Below, one piece after another: positions 20,793-31,734 of a stretch of 64,000 nucleotides of DNA. Positions within the stretch are counted from its first letter, which is position 1; every line of letters begins with the position of its first letter. This DNA comes from Trypanosoma brucei. Taxonomy: Eukaryota. The stretch covers positions 864,001 through 928,000 of the forward strand of contig CP000068.1 in assembly GCA_000002445.1 (NCBI GenBank). The letters are read 5' to 3'. The notes below the pieces were generated by a model. The model ran no database searches. It was not told the origin of the DNA and saw only the letters and a list, made by a program, of their open reading frames with translations. The position numbers and the translations under genes are program-made.

Positions 20793-21519
20793 TACTCTAT
20801 GTGAATTTGAACACTAAGGTCAGGTCCGGGTATTAGTATATAAACTATGATCCCCCCTGCGCGTGTGAGAGGTCGTCGGCCCACACAATAAGACGACTGT
20901 GACGTGATATCGCTATATTGACCTTCCGGTGCGTCCGCGCAATGGGTAGGAAGGAAAGCTTAAGCCAAGAACCACGTTTATCAGTTGATTCCTTACTTTT
21001 TCTTCGTAAACTTCCCACCCTATATTTAACTCGCCTTAAATCGCCAAACAGTGGGGCCTGACCGGGGGCGGCCAAAATCAATTCATTAGTAGAAAAGTAG
21101 AAGAAGAAACGCAAAGTGAACGGCTAACAACTGGAGTTCAGTACCTCGAAATCTACCAAACATTACCCTTTTATTGCCGTTGAGAGGAACGCGTCAACAT
21201 CGTGTGACGGTGTTTTAATGTGAAATGCCTATGCTTCAAAACTGCTCCGCAGTTTGGTGCCATGGTTGAAGCTTCTTGCGGGTGGATGGAACTACTTTCC
21301 CCGCTATTCGCGTGGTCTCCTACACATGATAGCAAGAGCGTCTGCCCCACCAGCGCTTCCGTGGTCGCATCGCAGCGAAAAGGCAGTTTAAAACAGCCTT
21401 CTTCATTCTGCTATCATACGATCGCACACAACTCAAACAACACCAATGCTTCCCGTGTGCTCAATGGTCGTTACTAACTGCACTGTCGTATATCCCCCAA
21501 CTTCCCAAATTCGGGGATA

Positions 21520-24500
21520 TCATTCACGTAGTCGTTTTGTTGTGCCAACACCCCATGATTCATATTCTTGCAGGAGTTGTACAAACAAGGGAGTTAACCG
21601 CGAGACTTCCCCACGCTCAAGTGCGTCAAACGTTAAACGCATGAAGTCAAAGCCGAAGCACATGGGTTGCTCAGGCTCTTGCTCCATCTCTTCACTAACC
21701 AGTGTTGGCATCTCCGTTTGCTTGGGGCGGTGGCCGCGCCTCTTGCAGTGAAGGTCCACATCACGCCCACCCAGATGCGCTTTCGTAAGACCGGGTAACT
21801 TCGGGTATCGCTGGGAAAAGTGGTTCAACACCACGTGTCGGGCACCGATTGCCCCCGCCACGCCAAGAGCCTCCCGGAGGGTTGAATGAGACTTTCGCAT
21901 CGCTTCGTCCTCGCAGCCATCACCGAAAGTGGCTTCGTGCAGGCAAATGTAAACACCCCCAATCGGGTCCTGCGACTCCTCTGAATCGCGGCAAGTGGTG
22001 TCTGTAAACTGACAACAGCGCTCCACGAGAAACGGGGAGGGTCGCGTGTCCCCTGAGAAGAGCAAAACACGAGATGGTGCTAAATCTGAAGGAGTAGCCT
22101 GGTGAACGGGAAATCGAAGGAGCAGCGCGTGGGCGTTCGCTGGGTGGTCCACCGGAAACACCTCGGCAGCCCAGAGCGGTCGATTTGCTCTGCGGGGCAC
22201 GGCTTCATCACTCACAATATCTGATTGCGAGGACACCATTTTGCTGCAAAGTTTCGAACACAGTTCGTTGAGGTGTGGCAGGAACGCTACATCGCTACGA
22301 AGTTGTTCCTCGCCGTCCTCTGCGGGGAAGACATCAAATATCACTTCCTCACTCAACCACTGCCCGCAGGAACGAGACTGCCCCCAAGTCTCCATAAGGA
22401 AGGCCCAAACCTCTTGGGGGCAAACAATGAGAATGGGTTCGATCGCGTCACGCTGCTTTCCGTTAGCATCCCGCTCAAAAAATAGACGGTGACGAAGCTC
22501 AAGCAGACTTAGTAACCCCAAGTGATGATCCGCATGCGAGTGGGAGATGAACACAAAGGTCAGGTCACGCACGAAGTCACGAAGCTGCTCCTCCCCATGA
22601 CCGTATAGCATCGACAACTGCCCGGTGCTACCTTCGCCAAAATCAAGCACAACAATGGCACGGCACGGCGGTTCCCTGTGTTGCGAAGTGTACACCACCT
22701 CCACAAATGCCCCACTGACGTTACGGTATTTACTCGGTATAGCGGAGCCAGTACCCAGAAATGAGAGGGCACCTCCGCCGTCTACATTGTATTCTCGTCC
22801 TTGCAACGTGGACAAGTCGAGTTTAGTAGCTGATGTGCTGGTGTCGTGGCGAACAGCGGCAACCGCAGAACGGAACTGTTCCGAAAGCATTGCAGCAGCG
22901 GAGGTGGCAGTCGGGTACCGCAGCAACCCCTTCACGTTAGTACCCTTCTTCTCTCTACCAGCAACATTCTGTTTGTCAAAATTTTCGAGTCCGCTCCGTG
23001 CGGAAAGGGTAGCGCCGGCCAACCTCTCAACGAGAACATGGGCTGCAGAAGGGTCGTCACTTATTTCAGTAACCAGTGGAGTGCTGGCACCAGGGGGAAT
23101 GAGTAGATGTTTCACGGCGTATGGCCAAACAGGCCCCTTTCCATCATCAACGTAGCAATGCCTAATCCAACATTCACTGGGTTCGCTGTCGCTCTTTTCA
23201 GACAGCGACGATGCTAGCGGAAACTGCTGGGCAGCAATACTGTTCAGATGATAACGATGAGCGAGTGCAGTTGGGAAAGCGGAGAAGGTGCTCTGAACAT
23301 CCGCGCAAAAGTGGTGTTTCGTCCCACCGGCTGTTGGCGGTTCCAACCCCACAGGGAAGTTAGCGTCGTTGGAAAGGCATTTCATAGCCTCTTGACGGAC
23401 AGGAGGGAAAACATGCGCAAACACATTCGAAATATAAAGCGATTGCCCAATGACGTGGTTTCCCCCTCCTATAGACGAAAAGAATTGCAGACATTGCACG
23501 TGAACGACGTGAACTAACGAAATCGTACGCTCCACTTGTGCTGTTCCGTCATCTTTGCAAAGGTTAGCGCCGTGGCTGCGGTACGCAAACTGTGGTTTCC
23601 ACTGCTTGAGAAGTTCATAAAGTTTACCGCTAGTACTGCAATCACCGCCATCCACAGTCGAATGTTCCTGGCGGAAATCCCGTTCCTCGGTTCCCGCCCC
23701 GTCACGACCAAAGAGAGTTTCCATAGCGGTCGCCACATCACAAACACTGTCACCATCCAGCACAAGCGTCACATAGAGAGATTGGCTACCCACAGTTGCC
23801 TGCTGTACACTGCGGGGGTCAATGAAGCGGCGCGTGTTACATTCGCCTTCAGCACCGGGAGTAGGAGGGTCATCCACCCACACGCCCACACCTTGCTTCA
23901 ACTGGCCGTATAAAGGACCCGCCGGAACACCAAGAGCCTTTGCACAGCGGCAGTCGAAGACGGCGGCCGGCGCATGCAAAATGGCATAGCCATACACTTC
24001 GTCCGCATCGCTCTTGTTGCCTTGCGATATGCGAAAACCAACCAATGCACTCGTCGTACTCAGTTGCAGCGCTATGACAAAAAAAGACGACAATGACGAC
24101 GCAGCGGCCTCGGGTACGCGGTGACCCCGCCCCTGACCAACGGTAGATATGGTTTCACTTCTATCAAACAGCAGCGGCACCTCATACACATAGTTCCCCG
24201 GCATTGACGTAGAAAGACGTCGCGGCAACTGGCCAACACGTAACTGCTGGAAGCTCATCTGTCGGTAAACAAAATAGTGACGCCGCAAAGCGTCTAACAT
24301 TTCAGCCAAACCTCCAGTACAGTTGCCAATTACATCGCTCCCGCAACTTGAGGACTGGGCAGCGGCAGCACTGTCACCAACGCCCTGAACTTCGTCGCTT
24401 CTGCCAGTCATCCCCATTCCGCCTGGCCCAAAGAAATTTGCATGGTGAACGCCAGCATCGTTAATGGTAAACAGGAGTCCTGGCATGCCCATCACGGTTG

Positions 24501-24774
24501 ACGGCACCCACCGTGTGAAGAAAAAACCACGTGTCCGCACTAAACGTATAGCCGCTTCGGCACTAAAGCGCTGCGTGCCTTCAGGGCAGTTGAAGAAAAG
24601 TAACTGACTCTCACATCTACTGGCCGGGGTTGGGCTTTGCGATGCACTACCAATAGGTGGCATGGGCTCGGTAACCCAGTTCAAAGCCTCATGCTGTACG
24701 TGACCGGTAAAGCAGCAGCTACCGTAGCTGTTTGGAACATCCGTACCCACAAGCTGAATGGTATCTACTGACAT
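21520..24774 (-). CDS. Long-form tRNase Z (ELAC2-like tRNA 3'-processing endonuclease, metallo-beta-lactamase fold)
   Basis: The C-terminal half has the HxHxDH zinc motif (FISHSHADHHLGLL) and the ELAC2-specific ...VVLNHFSQRYPK... (HFSQRY) motif. The N-terminal half is a degenerate pseudo-MBL domain, as in long-form RNase Z. The tool start at 24801 is a TTG; the first ATG is at 24774. Confidence 0.85.
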   Translation of the reverse strand: MSVDTIQLVGTDVPNSYGSCCFTGHVQHEALNWVTEPMPPIGSASQSPTPASRCESQLLFFNCPEGTQRFSAEAAIRLVRTRGFFFTRWVPSTVMGMPGLLFTINDAGVHHANFFGPGGMGMTGRSDEVQGVGDSAAAAQSSSCGSDVIGNCTGGLAEMLDALRRHYFVYRQMSFQQLRVGQLPRRLSTSMPGNYVYEVPLLFDRSETISTVGQGRGHRVPEAAASSLSSFFVIALQLSTTSALVGFRISQGNKSDADEVYGYAILHAPAAVFDCRCAKALGVPAGPLYGQLKQGVGVWVDDPPTPGAEGECNTRRFIDPRSVQQATVGSQSLYVTLVLDGDSVCDVATAMETLFGRDGAGTEERDFRQEHSTVDGGDCSTSGKLYELLKQWKPQFAYRSHGANLCKDDGTAQVERTISLVHVVHVQCLQFFSSIGGGNHVIGQSLYISNVFAHVFPPVRQEAMKCLSNDANFPVGLEPPTAGGTKHHFCADVQSTFSAFPTALAHRYHLNSIAAQQFPLASSLSEKSDSEPSECWIRHCYVDDGKGPVWPYAVKHLLIPPGASTPLVTEISDDPSAAHVLVERLAGATLSARSGLENFDKQNVAGREKKGTNVKGLLRYPTATSAAAMLSEQFRSAVAAVRHDTSTSATKLDLSTLQGREYNVDGGGALSFLGTGSAIPSKYRNVSGAFVEVVYTSQHREPPCRAIVVLDFGEGSTGQLSMLYGHGEEQLRDFVRDLTFVFISHSHADHHLGLLSLLELRHRLFFERDANGKQRDAIEPILIVCPQEVWAFLMETWGQSRSCGQWLSEEVIFDVFPAEDGEEQLRSDVAFLPHLNELCSKLCSKMVSSQSDIVSDEAVPRRANRPLWAAEVFPVDHPANAHALLLRFPVHQATPSDLAPSRVLLFSGDTRPSPFLVERCCQFTDTTCRDSEESQDPIGGVYICLHEATFGDGCEDEAMRKSHSTLREALGVAGAIGARHVVLNHFSQRYPKLPGLTKAHLGGRDVDLHCKRRGHRPKQTEMPTLVSEEMEQEPEQPMCFGFDFMRLTFDALERGEVSRLTPLFVQLLQEYESWGVGTTKRLRE

Positions 24775-25285
24775 TCCCGCCTTCGAGGCACCCCGAACCA
24801 AAAAATAAGAAGACAGAGGAGAAGATGTGGGTTAAAAACTAGCGTAGGAATAAAATGTATGGAAGTCAACAGGCTACCGAAAATGAAAGAAGGATAACAG
24901 AAGCAAATGACGATGACCACCGAAAACAGCTCAAAACACCCGCACCCCACGTCTAGAGGTGGATGATGCCGGCAACTTTGCGAGTCCCACGCCATGATAC
25001 TTCTGCAATCAATATGCTCGAGCACAACCGCCACACGGCCATCTTTCACACCACAGGGTATGATTCACCTTCAAGGACAGGAACTACACTTGCGTCACTG
25101 CCGTCACTCAACAACAACAACAAAGTAACGGTAGCAAAGCGACAAAACACTCAACCGAAACGGCGACACAACGTGACAAGTAGAACGTAATGGAGGCGTA
25201 GCACAGAGAAACAATTCGAGGAGTGAAAAAAAAAAAAAGACGGTGCTAGCGAGTTGTAGTCAGCCCGGGGCTGTGACGAATAACT

Positions 25286-25819
25286 TTACTTTGTGTTATC
25301 ACCCTCCTTCTTGGCATCATCCTTGCTTTCCCCTTGTTGTTTGCTACTTTGCTCTTTCTCTTTAGATCCATCCTTCGCGGCTGCCATGGCCCCCTCTGCG
25401 TTTGACGCTATCCACATGGGCAACATCAACTCCGTGTTCATCATTAGCCGTGGAAGTAACATTAACTTCAAGAACACAGCCATCAACCGAAAGGCCATCT
25501 CCTGCGGTACACGTGGCACCTCCCGCGTGATGAGAATAAGCGCTTGAGCACAGCGGTCCCACATAGGAAAAAATATATTCCTCTGCGTGTAGAAGGTGCG
25601 GCGCTCACCCCAAAATTTTTGCTCATCGCCGTGAACTACTTCCGCATTGATTACACGTGCGTACGAATGGTCGAGTACCTTCTTTTGTTGTTCTGGTCGA
25701 TACTCAACGCCAACTGCTGAGCGGCACACATGACGCCCACGACTGCGCGTGAGGAAGCTTCTATGCGTAATGCGCAGTCGTGACAACGCTGCAACAGGGA
25801 GTGGTGAGGCAGGTGACAT
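25286..25819 (-). CDS. Hypothetical conserved small protein (177 aa) with an Arg-rich presequence-like N-terminus, a hydrophobic core and an acidic/lysine-rich tail
   Basis: Clean ORF on the PTU strand with a verified ATG. The N-terminus MSPASPLPVAALSRLRITHRSFLTRSRGR resembles a mitochondrial targeting peptide. No catalytic motif was recognised. Confidence 0.5.
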   Translation of the reverse strand: MSPASPLPVAALSRLRITHRSFLTRSRGRHVCRSAVGVEYRPEQQKKVLDHSYARVINAEVVHGDEQKFWGERRTFYTQRNIFFPMWDRCAQALILITREVPRVPQEMAFRLMAVFLKLMLLPRLMMNTELMLPMWIASNAEGAMAAAKDGSKEKEQSSKQQGESKDDAKKEGDNTK

Positions 25820-25876
25820 ACTGTCAGCGATGCCCTACTATCACTGTATCACTATTGCTAACTAACCTTGAATATT

Positions 25877-25898
25877 CCTTTTTTTAAAAAAAAAAACC
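25877..25898. repeat. C2 T7 A11 element (T-run/A-run palindrome)
   Basis: cctttttttaaaaaaaaaaacc; one of three near-identical elements in the window (see findings). Confidence 0.6.
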
Positions 25899-27328
25899 TT
25901 CAAGTGTAGGGCCCGGTGGACAGCCGCTCCTTACTATTGGTTGATTGGTGACTACCATGTGCAAAAAAAAAAAGAATGAGATGATACGGAAAAGCAGTGC
26001 TGTCTTCAGACACAGTAAGAACATAACTACAACGGAGGACGGGGGGAATCAGTAGGCTTTCCGTTAAATAAACGACAGCATAAATACAGTCTCTCATTCG
26101 GTGTAGTTAATCACGCATCCAGCTCTTCGTCCTGCAGTAGTCGACACTATTCGTCATTTGCCGGTGAACTGTCAGGGGCCAACTCAAAAAAAAAAAATTA
26201 TACATATCCCCCTTAAAAGAACTTTTTCTTTGCATAGACTCTTAATACCGACCTGCCAATCGTAACTTTGCATCTTTTCCACTTCCTCCTTCCCGCAACC
26301 TCCGGTAAAATCAGTGACAGAGGGTTAACGATGGCAAAGGGGGGGGGAAACAAGCGAATTCAACAATACATTGGAAGGAAGAAAAAAAAAGGTAAGGAAA
26401 CTAACCAAATGAAACCGCTGAAAATGAAAGGAACTCGAAAAAGAAAATATTAACGGTATGACCAAACATGAAAGGAGAAACAAAGTCCACAAGTAATGTC
26501 CGTAACGGTAGATGCCGTGAAGCTGATGTATTGAAGAAGAAGAAACGTGGTACTTCCACTCACCCACCCAGCACTAACATCATTCGATTGGCCGGTTTTT
26601 AGGCATTAGTTGAAACCATTCCACTCCATTTTCTCCTGAAAACGATGAAATGGCGTCAAACAGCACCAAGTTTAAGCTGATAATAACAGAGGGTGGAGAA
26701 AACCAGCGCCGGAAGAAGAAAATTCTCCACTAGAAACATGTGTATGTAGAGGTTTGTGTTTGCCCACAGAGACGTACATTTGTGTGTAAGCATAAACCGC
26801 ACTTGCCGCAGTAAAAAGACGCACTTCGATGAAAAAAAAAAAAGATATCACAAAAAGGTCAGTAACACACGTATTTGCACTAGTACAAGAAAAAAGGGGG
26901 AGACTCAAAAAAAAAATGAATAAATACATAAACAGAAGCATCTCACTTGTTGGGAGTGAAGAGGAGTCGGCAAGAGAGTAAGTGATCCAACTTCGGTGCA
27001 TCAATCAATCGGAAAAAAAAGGATGGCTACGCACAAGTGCAGCCAAGAGATGCACAGCAAATTGCTGCACTCTTCGTCCCTTCGATACGACGAATATAGT
27101 GCAGAGTGAAGATGGGGAAAAAAGTACAAACGCGAATTCATAAATCATATTATCACAACATCGCAAAAACAATATGAGGTAATGTGCTGAAAAGGACAGC
27201 AAATGATACATGTGAGCGACTTCCTGTTGAAAGGAAGAAAAGATGGAACACACCGCCTCGGAGAAAAAACGGAAAACTGTCATGTGTTCAAAGAGTGTTG
27301 GGGTCGAGGGAATGGTACAAGAGGTTTT

Positions 27329-30300
27329 TCACTGTGCCGTAGCTCCACCATCAAGAGGCACAGTTTGCTGGAACAACTCCAGAAGTGCAAGACTTTCAGC
27401 CGATAGTGCTGCCTTCGCTACAACGCTGCCCTCAATGTTGCCATGTTCCATCGCAATACTTGACCCGCATTTGCTACAAGAGTACAACTTATAGGTCATA
27501 TCTACCATTGCGCCGTCATCGCTCAACATTGGTAGTTCCACAGCATATTCCGTTAAATTTTGCGGAAGCCTCACCTCAGAGGCGCTGGCCCCATCTCCTC
27601 CTTCTTTGGTACCTTGTAATGCTCTTCGCACCGGCGGTGACTCCCCTAAGTTTGAAAGTGCCTGAGCCGCTGCGACACCAGCGCCAGCAACTGGAGAAGA
27701 AGTGGGTGAAGCGCCAAAAGCCCCGCCGCCATGGTTCCGCTTGCCGGTGAAAAGCACTTCAAACGGTATGTCGGGAAGGTGCATCCATTCCACGCCACTC
27801 ACCGACCCAGAAAAGCGCAGGCACACCGTACAGTTGCAGACAAAACTACCGAATATATAAGATATGTGTCCCACAAAATTTACAGAGTTACACAAGCAAC
27901 CACCTGTGAACAGCGGGTCCACAAGGTCGTCCGCCCCCTTTTCCTTTGCAGTACTTGGGGAAGTAACCTTGGGAGAATGAGAAGACACCACTGCTGGGCT
28001 ATTCGGTATGCCTTTCACCCCCACCGCGTCCTTGTTAGTGTCGTTTCCGTCCTCCTTACCTCCTTTTCGGGCAGCATCTGCCAACACATGGGGTGCCACT
28101 ATATTTCTCCCTGGAAGGGCGGCCTCGTATTGTTCGATGAATAGCGGAATGCGCTCGTCTATTCCGTACCCCTTTGCAACCTCAGCGGGGACCTCGGCAG
28201 GTGATACCGGTTTGCGCCGTAACTCCTGTACATCAAGTGTTGTGCCGAGGGCGTCCGAGAAGTCTTGTCCCACCTCCCCCTCACCACCGGTATTCTCTGC
28301 ATCACGCGGATTATCTGGCGCCGGGGAATTGGAGAGAACGGACGGAGAACGTGTGACGGAGGGATTGCGTGTGTTTTCGCTGCCGTTCGTTGCCGCTTGG
28401 ACATGCTCAAAGTGTTCCGCCATTTCTTTCAGTACACGCGCAAGATCCCCTCTAAGCTCGTCTACAACTTTAGCGGCAGTCGTATCGGCACACCGCGAGT
28501 GTTGTTGTTGGTTGCCGCGGAAGACATTGTCTTTTTGTCCCCCACTAGCACCACCACCACCACCACCAGCAGCAGCAGCAGCCGCTGCCGCTGCGCCCCT
28601 CTCTACCGCTGGCAACTCCTTCCTTTCCGCTGCAGCTACTTCCCTAAATTCAACTTTCAGTGGTGGGATGTGAATAGGCTCCTTTCCATAGATCTTTTCA
28701 TCCCTATCGTGTTCCGCGTTGGGTTTAACAGAAGGGTTGCGAACCACCGGAAGTGCTGCGGGAGGATTCTCTTTCGGAGTGGCATTAGCATTCTTGGCTC
28801 CATCGTCTTCGGCATTCGCCCGCCGCTCTCTCCGCTCTATTATACGCTTCTTATTTGCGTCGTAAAGAAGAAACAACTCCTGAAGTGGTGTTCTACCGAA
28901 GGAATGTTTTAGCTGCAGGCGTTGTTGTGCCGGCGATGGGTACTCCATCTTCTTGACAATATTTTTTTCATGCTCATTCTCTATGGGGGTAGGTTTCTCA
29001 TCTGTCTTCACGTTCGGCTCGTCTCTGTTTTCGTACGATTCACCCTGAAGAGGGGTTCGGCCATTCTTCATCCCGTAGGCGAGCGGCAGTTGGCGGGCCG
29101 GCTGCCGTGGGGGCGGTTCCTCAGCTTTCAGTAACGGCGACACCTGCGGTGGCATCTTCCTTGCAGCTGGCAATCGGCTGGGCGACACCGGGGAATTAGC
29201 GGGACTACACATCTTTGGTTTTGGCAATTCCTCTCCTACGCGAATAAAGGGATAGTCGCCGTTACGCCTACGGAACAAATCCACATGCCCTAACATCCCC
29301 ACTCCAGAACGTGCACCACTGACTCCACATGGAGTTGCTCCAGCTGCACCGGCACCGGCCACACCACCCGCTAGCCTCTCTCCCTTCTGCGGTGCGGGAA
29401 ACTTCGATGGAATAAGGCTGAGCCGATTTTTTATAGGCGATGGAGGCTTAGCGCCAGGTGTAAGGACGCATTTGTACTCACTTTCGTAGCTTGTATCTAA
29501 CTCGCTCATTTTCTTCACCACGCTGGGGATAGCCCTCACCAAAACGGGAGTGCGCAGTATTTGATCAGCATCTGGGCGTTGCTTCGGGTCTTTTTGTAGC
29601 ATCCACAGGATAAGTTGCCACAGCTCATCTGAAAAACTCGACGGAATACGTCGGGGCTCGCGTTTACATATCTCGTCCATTAATCTGTTCATAGTGTTCG
29701 CTTCGAACGGCAACCTACCAGTCGTGCACAACTCGTACAGGAGCACACCGAGCGCCCACACGTCGGACTTGTTGTTATATGGCTTCCCTAGACACAACTC
29801 TGGTGAGAAATAGCACGGGGTGCCGCACATGGTCTTTGCCATAGCAACAGTACTCATCAGAACCGTGCTAATACCAAAGTCTCCGAGCTTGACCACGTGA
29901 TTCTGTGTAAGGAATACATTTTGGGACTTGATGTCGCGGTGCAGAAGCCGGCGATCGTGCATGTACTTCACCGCCATCGTCGTTTGAACAAACAAGCTAA
30001 TGACTTGCTCCTCCGTGAGTCCGCCGCAACGGCCACTGCCAAGGGCCCACATGCTCTTCCTCAGGTTCTTCAGGTGTGAGTAAACGTCACCACCATCAGC
30101 ATACTCCATGACAATGTAAAGGTGCGGAAAATCTTCGAAGAACTCCTCGTACCGGATGATATTGGGGTAGTTGAGTTGCTGTAGCACAACAATCTCCTGG
30201 TGAGCATCCTTCCTCTGTCTCGACGTCATGTTGGACATATTAACATGTTTCACTACATAATTTTTGCCACGCTCTTTGTGGCGTACCAAATATGCATTGC

Positions 30301-30421
30301 CGAAACTACCCTTACCAAGCAAGCGCTCAGCCTCGTAGCCAGAACCAACGAGCGCTACGGGGAGTTTCGGCCGCGACTGCCCAATGCCTAGTCGCGCGTT
30401 AAGCTCATCCAAGGCATTCAT
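27329..30421 (-). CDS. NEK-family (NIMA-related) serine/threonine protein kinase with a roughly 700-aa low-complexity C-terminal extension
   Basis: N-terminal kinase domain with GKGSFGNAYLV, VVKHV, the NEK-typical HRDIKSQNVFL, and DFGIS...GTPCYFSPE. The extension contains a poly-Ala/poly-Gly tract (AAAAAAAAAGGGGGGASGG) encoded by (CCA)n/(GCA)n repeats around 28548-28600, and a Cys-rich C-terminus. The ATG at 30421 was verified. Confidence 0.85.
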   Translation of the reverse strand: MNALDELNARLGIGQSRPKLPVALVGSGYEAERLLGKGSFGNAYLVRHKERGKNYVVKHVNMSNMTSRQRKDAHQEIVVLQQLNYPNIIRYEEFFEDFPHLYIVMEYADGGDVYSHLKNLRKSMWALGSGRCGGLTEEQVISLFVQTTMAVKYMHDRRLLHRDIKSQNVFLTQNHVVKLGDFGISTVLMSTVAMAKTMCGTPCYFSPELCLGKPYNNKSDVWALGVLLYELCTTGRLPFEANTMNRLMDEICKREPRRIPSSFSDELWQLILWMLQKDPKQRPDADQILRTPVLVRAIPSVVKKMSELDTSYESEYKCVLTPGAKPPSPIKNRLSLIPSKFPAPQKGERLAGGVAGAGAAGATPCGVSGARSGVGMLGHVDLFRRRNGDYPFIRVGEELPKPKMCSPANSPVSPSRLPAARKMPPQVSPLLKAEEPPPRQPARQLPLAYGMKNGRTPLQGESYENRDEPNVKTDEKPTPIENEHEKNIVKKMEYPSPAQQRLQLKHSFGRTPLQELFLLYDANKKRIIERRERRANAEDDGAKNANATPKENPPAALPVVRNPSVKPNAEHDRDEKIYGKEPIHIPPLKVEFREVAAAERKELPAVERGAAAAAAAAAGGGGGGASGGQKDNVFRGNQQQHSRCADTTAAKVVDELRGDLARVLKEMAEHFEHVQAATNGSENTRNPSVTRSPSVLSNSPAPDNPRDAENTGGEGEVGQDFSDALGTTLDVQELRRKPVSPAEVPAEVAKGYGIDERIPLFIEQYEAALPGRNIVAPHVLADAARKGGKEDGNDTNKDAVGVKGIPNSPAVVSSHSPKVTSPSTAKEKGADDLVDPLFTGGCLCNSVNFVGHISYIFGSFVCNCTVCLRFSGSVSGVEWMHLPDIPFEVLFTGKRNHGGGAFGASPTSSPVAGAGVAAAQALSNLGESPPVRRALQGTKEGGDGASASEVRLPQNLTEYAVELPMLSDDGAMVDMTYKLYSCSKCGSSIAMEHGNIEGSVVAKAALSAESLALLELFQQTVPLDGGATAQ

Positions 30422-30862
30422 GTTTAACTTTTCCAGCTGATTTACTGTACGTTTTACTACCTATATAACTCCTACTTTTATCTACTCTTCTTTTTGTTTT
30501 CCTTCTGTAATTCAAACTTCTGATGCTGTTGTGTATACGAGTGCGTGCACGACGAAGTACCGCTACAGTGGTTTGTCGTATCCTCGCGCGTACACTTGAA
30601 AGAAATGGAGAGAAAATAAGTTATGTTTAACCCCTTCGCAACACCAAGCAGCGTTTCATTATTTCAGAAAAAATGTCACTGGTACTTTTCATCGTAAATT
30701 CCACATCCGTTAACAACGAATTCCCGGCCTCGTTTGGCCGCGCACACACACACGAATATACACCTCTTCGCAACTAAGTTTGAACCTGCACTCAACGGCG
30801 ATGCAGGAATAAATAGGTATCAATATATGCATGTTCAGGTGACTTTTAGTGGTGACCGAGTT

Positions 30863-31417
30863 CTACACAAGTGTATAACCCTTCACCTTGCCGGTTTCCG
30901 GTTCTCTCACCATCTGCAATCTCATAAGACAATCTGTAATACCCACAATAAAGGGTGGCACTGGTGGGGACGGGGAGGAAGCAGAATTGACGCAGCTCTC
31001 AAGCGTTGTGCCATCTGCATCCAACACTGCCAACACAACGCCTTTCACCACAGCACCGGAGGGATCATCCAACCGTATAGAAACCACTCCCCCAGACCGA
31101 CTTTTCTCGGCTTTAGACTTCGGTGTTGAGGCGACAGGGCGGCTCAGCAACCGGCGTCTAGCAGAGGGAAGGTAATATGTCGGTTGTTTGTAAAACATGA
31201 AGTAGGCAGCGGCGATCGCAGGCGACCACAGCAGCACATCCCGCAGGCCCCGTGGAAGTCGCTGAAGGTACTCTCCAAGTGTTTGGTACCGCTGAGTTGT
31301 TCCACGTTCCTCCGCTGGGTTGGCTACCCTTACAAATGAGCGACGGGCACAACAGGACGGCCGCAGTTTGTTGTATGGAACGGTGTTTAGGCAGCCACTG
31401 CGAGAAACGAACCGCAT
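30863..31417 (-). CDS. Hypothetical protein (184 aa), presequence-like N-terminus
   Basis: ORF on the PTU strand with a verified ATG (cat at 31415-31417). The N-terminus MRFVSRSGCLNTVPYNKLRPSCCARRSFVR is basic/amphipathic. No domain was recognised. Confidence 0.45.
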   Translation of the reverse strand: MRFVSRSGCLNTVPYNKLRPSCCARRSFVRVANPAEERGTTQRYQTLGEYLQRLPRGLRDVLLWSPAIAAAYFMFYKQPTYYLPSARRRLLSRPVASTPKSKAEKSRSGGVVSIRLDDPSGAVVKGVVLAVLDADGTTLESCVNSASSPSPPVPPFIVGITDCLMRLQMVREPETGKVKGYTLV

Positions 31418-31734
31418 CCACCTTTTCTACGAGTCAATAGAACCCCCGTAGGAGGGAAATGTCGACGGACGGCCTTGCGGAGACCTGTGAATGAGAAACC
31501 CCTTGACTACAGCCGAAGTCTCTCTCCATAACCAAGCGGAAAACAACAACAAAAAGTGTGCCGCAGCGTGCAGCAACAGCAATAACAATAACAAAAGTGG
31601 GATGAAGTAAATGTTCACACCGAGATGAAGAAAGGGATCAACAATGAAGAGGACTAATACCGCTGTGAGCACTCGTATGTGTCACAAAAGTTTACACAAC
31701 TGGTTCTTCAGACCAACAAATTCTCGCTTAGTCC

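Noticed and set aside
19879-20817. Stack of long overlapping ORFs in several frames on both strands (e.g. 19879..20817 +, 19970..20692 +, 19966..20418 -) over the Pol beta-PAK 5' region
   Set aside because: Artefact of GC-rich, stop-poor low-complexity PAK repeats. Translations are pure G/A/L/V homopolymer-like with no motifs. The only coherent product is the minus-strand Pol beta-PAK frame.
28008-28912. 221-aa and 215-aa + strand ORFs antisense to the NEK kinase gene
   Set aside because: Antisense to a strongly supported kinase CDS in a region of trinucleotide and low-complexity repeats, with Ser/Ala/Pro-rich translations. Antisense artefacts.
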